DNA from: a virus
Lineage: Duplodnaviria; Heunggongvirae; Uroviricota; Caudoviricetes
Direction: 5' to 3' (one strand)
Length of the DNA stretch: 64,000 nt
Virus record (IMG/VR): IMGVR_UViG_3300027977_000006
In this document: piece after piece, positions 57,635 through 64,000 of the stretch
Position numbering within the stretch: position 1 is the first letter of the stretch
Layout: each line of letters opens with the position of its first letter
The notes under the pieces: model-generated
The model's database searches: none
What the model saw: the letters and a program-made list of their open reading frames with translations, nothing else
Told to the model about the DNA's origin: nothing
Position numbers and translations under genes: made by a program

Positions 57635-58825
57635 TTAGAATTGTACATAAGATAATGTTCCTCCTGATAAAATTTGTTCAACATCTCCGTCAACTGCATC
57701 AAGAAGCGTAACAGATGGTGAACCTGCCTGCATCCCCGAAGTAGCTGTAAATGTTTTATTTTCAATACCTGCCATAAATAAGTTTCGATAAATGTCACCT
57801 GTTACAATATTGTTTTCAAGATAACTAAAATTGTTATCTTGAAAAGTGCCATCAATTGAATTATTTATAAAAAAAGTTCCCGTATTATTTAAAAAATCAT
57901 CACTTAACTCACTTTCAGATAATTCCACTAAAGTATTAGATATAACGTCCCCATCAAATTGGTTACTTAGAACGTATTTAATGTTATTGTTTACAAATTC
58001 AAGTAAACATAATTGGTCAAACAATAATAAAATATTATTTACATCAAATGTGTTTTGTAATGTTGATACAGCCCCAAGTGAAACTTTTGATACAGTACAA
58101 TATAATTGAAATACAACATTATCTAATTGATAAGGTAATCCCAAACCTATTTGACCTACTTCTAACCCTGAACCTACACTTACATCAAAATTATCAAGAG
58201 CTAAATTAAATGGAGTAAAATCTTGAAATGCAAAACCTGTGTCAGTATAATTATTATAATCACTACTACCACTTACTGTTTCCCAACGTCTAAAGATGAC
58301 ATTTCTCCAATCGTAATCTCTATAAAGTTTTAAAAGAGTGTCGTAACGAGAAGTGATAACTCCTGTTGATTGACCTAGTACGGCATCATAATCTCTATCG
58401 TTAAAAAAAGGTTTCCAAGTAATATTATCTGTTGGATATATTGTTGAAATTATATTGGTTGATAATCCACTACTTGAAACAGCTTGAACAAGCATTGGTT
58501 CTGTTGCTCCTGTATGTATTTCTTCATTACCTATGCTATTGGAAAATTGTATATATGTTACAGTTTGAAAATCATTTATTAAATAATATGAGGATGGTAT
58601 AAGTTCATTATTATTTAATAATGTGGTAAGTTCTGAATAACCAATCTCCAAATAAGGTGTTTCTAAATTAATAATATCACCATTTGGGTTTAATTTTTCG
58701 TATTTTCCTGTTGCTAAATCAGTACCAACAAAAAATGTGCTAGCCGATGGTGTTATCGATGAAATATTTTCACCAGCAAACAATATTGTTTTTGTTCCGT
58801 TTTTTTGTAAATGTATTCTTGCCAT
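57635..58825 (-). CDS. Putative virion protein with an Asn-rich beta-helix-like region
   Basis: YSEL..L....LIP..YY.I.DF, YD.RNV.F.R, periodic N...F..N repeats. Confidence 0.6.
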   Translation of the reverse strand: MARIHLQKNGTKTILFAGENISSITPSASTFFVGTDLATGKYEKLNPNGDIINLETPYLEIGYSELTTLLNNNELIPSSYYLINDFQTVTYIQFSNSIGNEEIHTGATEPMLVQAVSSSGLSTNIISTIYPTDNITWKPFFNDRDYDAVLGQSTGVITSRYDTLLKLYRDYDWRNVIFRRWETVSGSSDYNNYTDTGFAFQDFTPFNLALDNFDVSVGSGLEVGQIGLGLPYQLDNVVFQLYCTVSKVSLGAVSTLQNTFDVNNILLLFDQLCLLEFVNNNIKYVLSNQFDGDVISNTLVELSESELSDDFLNNTGTFFINNSIDGTFQDNNFSYLENNIVTGDIYRNLFMAGIENKTFTATSGMQAGSPSVTLLDAVDGDVEQILSGGTLSYVQF

Positions 58826-58836
58826 TATTTATTATT

Positions 58837-61323
58837 TTAGAATCCATAACTTAATTGAGTTCTACCCCAACCAGTATTTGTTTTTATATAAATATAAGTA
58901 TTATCCCAAGCAATATCACCCACATTACCGTTGGTGTCACCACTACTAGTTGGTGTATAACTAGTTCTCATTCTTATTTGGTTGTACCCTGTTGTTCCAC
59001 TTACATCTAATGTAGATGTAGGGGTTACTACTTGAATACCTATTTTACCATTAGCTGTTGTTGCTGTCAATGGATTACCACCTGTGGTTGAATATGTTCC
59101 TGTACCAAATAACACACCACCTATGTTAATAGCATTTGTAGTATTAGGTGCTAAGGTTACATTAGTCCCAATAATAATATTATTTGAACCAATTGTTTTA
59201 TCGCTGGTTGATGCGTAACCAGCTCGGTATCCAAATAAATTTGAATAACTTGCGCCAGTTGCTTGATAACCAGCATTTAAACCTAAAAAGTTTGAATCAT
59301 TAGCATTGGTTGCTTGTTGACCAGCACCAACACCAAAAAAGTTTGATTGATTAGCATTGGTTGCTTGATAACCAGCACTTGAACCAAAAAAGTTTGAAGA
59401 ACCAGCATTGGTTGCTTCATAACCAGCTTGATAACCTAAAAAGTTTGAATTACTAGCGCTTGTAGCTTCTCTACCAGCACTAGCACCTAAAAAGTTTGAA
59501 TAACTAGCATTACCAGCTTGATAACCAGCATCCTGACCAAAAAAGTTTGAATTATTAGCACTTGTAGCTGAATAACCAGCATTAGCACCTAAAAAGTTTG
59601 AATAACTAGCACCAGTTGCTTGAAAACCAGCGTTTTGACCTAAAAAGTTTGAACCTTCAGCAGTTGTAGCTTGATAACCAGCATTAGCACCAAAAAAGTT
59701 TGAATTATTAGCATTTATTGCTTCTTGACCAGCACTTGAACCTAAAAAGTTTGAATTATTAGCATTTATTGCTTGATAACCAGTATCAGAACCAAAAAAG
59801 TTTGAATAACTAGCATTAGTTGCTTGATAACCAGCATCCTGACCAAAAAAGTTTGAATTATTAGCACTTGTAGCTGAATAACCAGCATTAGCACCTAAAA
59901 AGTTTGAATAACTAGCATCAGTTGCTTGAAAACCAGCGTTTTGACCTAAAAAGTTTGAACCTTCAGCAGTTGTAGCTTGATAACCAGCATTAGCACCAAA
60001 AAAGTTTGAATTATTAGCATTTATTGCTTCTTGACCAGCGTTTTGACCTAAAAAGTTTGATTGATTAGCATTGGTTGCTTGTTGACCAGCACCAACACCA
60101 AAAAAGTTTGATTGATTAGCATTGGTTGCTTGATAACCAGCACTTGAACCAAAAAAGTTTGAAGAACCAGCATTGGTTGCTTCATAACCAGCGTTTTGAC
60201 CTAAAAAGTTTGAATAACTAGCATTACCAGCTTGATAACCAGCACTTGAACCAAAAAAGTTTGATTGATTAGCATCAGTTGCTTGAAAACCAGCGTTTTG
60301 ACCTAAAAAGTTTGATTGATTAGCATCAGTCGCTTCATAACCAGCTTGATAACCTAAAAAGTTTGAATCATTAGCGCTTGTAGCTGAATAACCAGCACTA
60401 CCGCCAAAAAAGTTTGAATAACTAGCATCAGTTGCTTCTTGACCAGCAGCCTGACCTAAAAAGTTTGAATTATAAGCATCAGTTGCTTGAAGACCAGCAT
60501 TTTCACCTAAAAAGTTTGATTGATTAGCATCAGTCGCTTCATAACCAGCACTTGGACCTAAAAAGTTTGAATAACTAGCACCAGTTGCTTGAAAACCAGC
60601 GTTTTGACCTAAAAAGTTTGAATCATTAGCGCTTGTAGCTGAATAACCAGCACTTGGACCTAAAAAGTTTGAATAACTAGCACCAGTTGCTTGAAAACCA
60701 GCGTTTTGACCTAAAAATATACTATTACTATCTGAAAAATTAGATGTTGCTGGGTTATTTGAATAAAGAGTTGTACCAGATACTGATATAGGGCCAGTAC
60801 TTCCAGAACCACCAGTAGTAATTCCAGTAACAACAAAAGTATTACCAGAATTATTAGTAAAGGTTATTTCACTTGTTATAGAATCGTATGTACCGCCAGT
60901 AATAAATGTATCAAATGTTGGTAAATCAATATTATAAAAATCGCCACTACCAGTTATCGTTCCACCAGAACCTAAATAAACATTACCATTAAGAACCACA
61001 AATTGGCCACCAGTATCTAATTGAAGATTTCCATCAACAAATAAATCACCATAAATAAATCCTTGATAATTTTCAGTTACTGTAACTGTTGTATTTTCTG
61101 GGATATACCATTGATTTCCACCACCAGAACCACCATTAAAACTTAAATCGTTTCCGTTATATTTTTTAAGTGTTACTGTATTTCCAATTGTTTGAGCGGT
61201 GTATATAACTTCACCCTTCAAACCAATAAAGTTAGAATCTAGTTCTGCTTGAGACAAGACACTACCTTTGGTTGTATCACCATATGGGCTTATTAATGTT
61301 CTTAATATTAAATTTGTAGGCAT
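58837..61323 (-). CDS. Fibre/adhesin-like protein with 29 tandem 17-aa repeats
   Basis: GxxAGxxAxxAxxSNF(L/F) units; C-terminal G..GDIAWD..YIY.KT..GW.R. Confidence 0.8.
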   Translation of the reverse strand: MPTNLILRTLISPYGDTTKGSVLSQAELDSNFIGLKGEVIYTAQTIGNTVTLKKYNGNDLSFNGGSGGGNQWYIPENTTVTVTENYQGFIYGDLFVDGNLQLDTGGQFVVLNGNVYLGSGGTITGSGDFYNIDLPTFDTFITGGTYDSITSEITFTNNSGNTFVVTGITTGGSGSTGPISVSGTTLYSNNPATSNFSDSNSIFLGQNAGFQATGASYSNFLGPSAGYSATSANDSNFLGQNAGFQATGASYSNFLGPSAGYEATDANQSNFLGENAGLQATDAYNSNFLGQAAGQEATDASYSNFFGGSAGYSATSANDSNFLGYQAGYEATDANQSNFLGQNAGFQATDANQSNFFGSSAGYQAGNASYSNFLGQNAGYEATNAGSSNFFGSSAGYQATNANQSNFFGVGAGQQATNANQSNFLGQNAGQEAINANNSNFFGANAGYQATTAEGSNFLGQNAGFQATDASYSNFLGANAGYSATSANNSNFFGQDAGYQATNASYSNFFGSDTGYQAINANNSNFLGSSAGQEAINANNSNFFGANAGYQATTAEGSNFLGQNAGFQATGASYSNFLGANAGYSATSANNSNFFGQDAGYQAGNASYSNFLGASAGREATSASNSNFLGYQAGYEATNAGSSNFFGSSAGYQATNANQSNFFGVGAGQQATNANDSNFLGLNAGYQATGASYSNLFGYRAGYASTSDKTIGSNNIIIGTNVTLAPNTTNAINIGGVLFGTGTYSTTGGNPLTATTANGKIGIQVVTPTSTLDVSGTTGYNQIRMRTSYTPTSSGDTNGNVGDIAWDNTYIYIKTNTGWGRTQLSYGF
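59233..60711. repeat. Coding tandem array, 29 x 51 bp
   Basis: Near-invariant ACC(T/A)AAAAAGTTTGA core every 51 nt; internal block duplication at 306-nt offset. Confidence 0.95.
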
Positions 61324-61347
61324 TTTGTTTATTTAATAAATATTTCG

Positions 61348-61674
61348 TTATTGAAAATATTTTTCAATTCTTTTGCTTAGTCTAACTCTTGGGTCATTTA
61401 TATCTCTACCTAAATCCTCATATTTTAAAATGAAACCAAAGCTTAAAAAAACTCTTCTAGTGTTGAATTCGTTTGTCCAGTGTTTATATAAAGAAGCTTC
61501 AAAACAATACAAATCTGTTTCTTGAATTTTAAGTATTTCTTTGTCTAAAAAAAAATCATAATCTTCAGACAAAACGCTTATATTGCATTTATAATTCACA
61601 TAACCATCAATTGAAGCATCATAATGTGGGTTTATTTTTCCACCCTTACCCATATCAACAGCTTGAAGAAACAT
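61348..61674 (-). CDS. 2OG-Fe(II) oxygenase-like protein, short or N-terminally truncated
   Basis: I.PHYD (HxD)...F.AS..KH...RV.LSFGF. Confidence 0.6.
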   Translation of the reverse strand: MFLQAVDMGKGGKINPHYDASIDGYVNYKCNISVLSEDYDFFLDKEILKIQETDLYCFEASLYKHWTNEFNTRRVFLSFGFILKYEDLGRDINDPRVRLSKRIEKYFQ

Positions 61675-61692
61675 ATTTTATTACAATTTAAA

Positions 61693-62514
61693 TTACCATG
61701 TCACACCACTAACTCTTAACCATTGAGTAGATGTTTTCCAGTAAATACAAGTATCATCCCAAGAAATATCACCTATATTACCGTTGGTGTCTGTACTACC
61801 TGTTGGCGTATATGTTGTTCTAAGTCTTAGTTGGTTATACCCTGTTGTTCCACTTACATCCAATGTAGATGTAGGTGTTACTACTTGAATACCTATTTTA
61901 CCACTAGCTGTTGTTGCAGTTAATGGATTACCTCCAGTAGTAGAATATGTTCCTGTACCAAATAACACACCACCTATATTAATAGCATTAGCGGTTGTGT
62001 TAGGTAAACTAATATTTGTTCCTATAATGATATTATTTGAACCTAAGTTATTTCCTGTAAACGTTTTACCAACATTAAATCCAAATAAATTTGAATAACT
62101 GGCGTTGGTTGCTCCATAACCAACTTGATAACCAAAAAAGTTTGAATAAGTAGCATTGGTTGCTCCATAACCAGCTTGATAACTTAAAAAATTTGAATTA
62201 CTAGCATTGGTTGCTCCACTACCAGCACTAGTACCAAAAAAGTTTGAATAAGTAGCACCAGTTGCTTGAGAACCAGCATTAGCACCTAAAAATATACTAT
62301 CAGTACCTGAAAAATTAGATGTTGCTGGTGATGTTGAGTATAATGTAGTTCCACTAACAGCAATAACACCTACAGGTAAATTCTGATAAGTTGTTGCACT
62401 AATTGTAGTAGCTGATAAACTTGTTATGTTTGTGTTTCCTGTTATTACTAAACAGTCAATTGTTACGGTATTACCAGTATAAGGGCTAATTGTGTTTACA
62501 AATAATTTACTCAT
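61693..62514 (-). CDS. Paralogous short fibre-like protein with 4 of the same 17-aa repeats
   Basis: Shares VSGTTLYS..PATSNFS and about 110 C-terminal aa with 58837..61323; repeats at 62083-62286. Confidence 0.8.
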   Translation of the reverse strand: MSKLFVNTISPYTGNTVTIDCLVITGNTNITSLSATTISATTYQNLPVGVIAVSGTTLYSTSPATSNFSGTDSIFLGANAGSQATGATYSNFFGTSAGSGATNASNSNFLSYQAGYGATNATYSNFFGYQVGYGATNASYSNLFGFNVGKTFTGNNLGSNNIIIGTNISLPNTTANAINIGGVLFGTGTYSTTGGNPLTATTASGKIGIQVVTPTSTLDVSGTTGYNQLRLRTTYTPTGSTDTNGNIGDISWDDTCIYWKTSTQWLRVSGVTW

Positions 62515-62525
62515 TTTTTTTTATT

Positions 62526-62813
62526 TTATTGTATTGTTAGTGTTGTTGTTATTGGAACTGTTATTGTATAACCAATTCCAATTTGTAAAGGTCCAAAATA
62601 TAAAACATCAGAATTATCGGGTAACAATACATTTTGTTGAATTGGTCTTGGTCTTATTACAAACCCTAAATTAGATAAACTATAAGAATTTACGAAATTG
62701 GTAACACCACTTAACGAAATTTGCTTCGTTTCACCACCATTTACAATTGGCAAAGCATCTGTAAAGGTAGGGTTTGTGTTAACATTTAACTGTGATATTT
62801 TCTTATTTGGCAT
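62526..62813 (-). CDS. Small structural protein
   Basis: KKISQL......D.LPIV..GETK; GPL.I....TITVP....LTI. Confidence 0.65.
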   Translation of the reverse strand: MPNKKISQLNVNTNPTFTDALPIVNGGETKQISLSGVTNFVNSYSLSNLGFVIRPRPIQQNVLLPDNSDVLYFGPLQIGIGYTITVPITTTLTIQ

Positions 62814-62884
62814 GGCTTAATTCAGTTTATAATAAATATGTCAAACTAAAATAAAACGTAAGAAATAAAAAGGTTATTCAAAAT

Positions 62885-64000
62885 TTATACCCAAACCATT
62901 CCATACCCACTCTGTTGCAGTAAAAGATAAGCATCTTCAGTTAATAGAAGATTTGTATCTTGAATTCCATATCTAGGTGCACCATTAACATAATTGTACT
63001 TGATTTGAGCATAATTTAGGTCACATATGTTAAATTTAAACTGAGATATACCACCTATAAACGAACCAGCGAAATTTTCTTCAATTGGTAAACCCCTATC
63101 TGCTTGGTCTAGTCCATCAAATGTCTGACTGTCAATCAAACCTTGGCTACCACCACCTAAACTAAAGTTAAAAGGCACCCCAACTTGTTTTGCTTTGTAT
63201 TCATCTAACCTTTTTGCTATGAATTCTGGGAAATCATTTACCACATACTTAAGTCTGGCATTAACATAAAACATAAGCTTTCCTGTTCTTCTTTTTGTAA
63301 TCTTCAAATCACAGTCATTCTTATAGTCAGTCATATATCTAATAGTAATATATGACCAAGAATCTGATGTAACCATACCAGATGCTGAATAACCTTCTTG
63401 TATAGTAACACCACTTGTATAAAGTCTTTGGCCAGTGCTAGCAGTATAACATGTTCCAGTTACTGTAAGCATTCTATATCCTATGCTACCGTCATCTTTT
63501 ACCCTAAAACCTATTGCATTATCTATTATATCAATTTTGTAGTCTATTTCAGTTTGCGGTGAAGTTTTACCACTATATGAACAAACCGTTTGGTTACCTA
63601 AACCATCCCCACTTCCAGCACAATATGAACATGTGCAACCATTTCCAGAACCAACACCTCTACCATAAATCAAAAATGGGTTTTGAAAATCTGTTATCAC
63701 TTCTTTAGATTTGGCAACGGCTATTCCGCCACCACTATATGAACAAACAGTCTGACTTCCAAGACCATCTTCACTTGTCAAATTACACGCACCACCACTG
63801 TTAACCAAAACACCGTATATGTTTGGCCCACAACCACAGTCATCAACACTAGCATTTGATGTATTATTTATGGCTGACATTATGATTGTATCTGTTTGCC
63901 CACTAATTTTATTAGCTCTAGCATCTTGAGCTCGACCATAAATCAAAAATGGATTTGTAACCAAATCAATTTCAACTTGTGGTGGATTCAAAGGAATACC
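62885..64000 (-). CDS. Large virion protein, C-terminal part (LamG/ConA-like end); starts beyond the window
   Basis: W..I......FYVN......F.LGGG...F.GGI..F......L...I..NY; duplicated NPFLIYGR and DGLG.QTVCSYSG. Confidence 0.65.
   Translation of the reverse strand, partial: GIPLNPPQVEIDLVTNPFLIYGRAQDARANKISGQTDTIIMSAINNTSNASVDDCGCGPNIYGVLVNSGGACNLTSEDGLGSQTVCSYSGGGIAVAKSKEVITDFQNPFLIYGRGVGSGNGCTCSYCAGSGDGLGNQTVCSYSGKTSPQTEIDYKIDIIDNAIGFRVKDDGSIGYRMLTVTGTCYTASTGQRLYTSGVTIQEGYSASGMVTSDSWSYITIRYMTDYKNDCDLKITKRRTGKLMFYVNARLKYVVNDFPEFIAKRLDEYKAKQVGVPFNFSLGGGSQGLIDSQTFDGLDQADRGLPIEENFAGSFIGGISQFKFNICDLNYAQIKYNYVNGAPRYGIQDTNLLLTEDAYLLLQQSGYGMVWV

Noticed and set aside
59233-60711. Regular repeats resembling a CRISPR array
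   Set aside because: Fixed 51-nt in-frame period inside an ORF, re-used variable parts and no cas genes: a coding repeat
59233-60711. Similarity to ice-nucleation repeats (AGY..T.A..S)
   Set aside because: Period is 17 not 16 aa and the TxT/SLT ice-binding motifs are absent
58900-62050. Diversity-generating retroelement TR/VR pair in the fibre paralogs
   Set aside because: Differences are mostly synonymous and not adenine-specific, both copies are coding, and no reverse transcriptase is in the window
1-64000. Stop-codon recoding as in some large phages
   Set aside because: Code 11 gives full-length dense genes; TAG ends ssb and 13224, TGA ends the tube gene
1-64000. tRNA or rRNA genes
   Set aside because: Intergenic gaps are short and AT-rich; no cloverleaf or T-loop signature seen by eye

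Overview
The window is a 64-kb, AT-rich piece of a large T4-like (myovirus, probably jumbo) phage genome in the standard genetic code, almost entirely on the minus strand. It interleaves two modules. The replication module has class Ia RNR alpha and beta, DnaB, a 5'-3' exonuclease, UvsX/RecA, a gp32-like SSB, PolB, SNF2 and glutaredoxin. The contractile-tail and neck module has gp6/25/53-like wedge, a hub with wall hydrolases, tape measure, chaperone, tube, sheath, gp13/14/15-like proteins and fibres. TTG-N~17-TAnnTTTG promoters, A-rich Shine-Dalgarno-less starts and Gln(+1) signal peptides point to a Bacteroidota host. Highlights: (1) nrdA is fractured at its active-site NLCxE motif by a naturally split intein, with a hairpin-guarded GIY-YIG endonuclease between the halves; (2) a class 3 Ala-start intein in DnaB and a Ser-start intein in PolB; (3) putative head-packaged proteins, one with a signal peptide hidden behind a predicted protease-cleaved leader; (4) a recurrent TATTTAT(A) motif before structural genes, which is the T4 late promoter inverted, and an ORF-less promoter-terminator unit whose RNA would be complementary to it; (5) a likely +1/-2 frameshift in the tail chaperone; (6) repeat-expanded fibre paralogs. 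All product calls come from motif recognition by eye; no searches were run.
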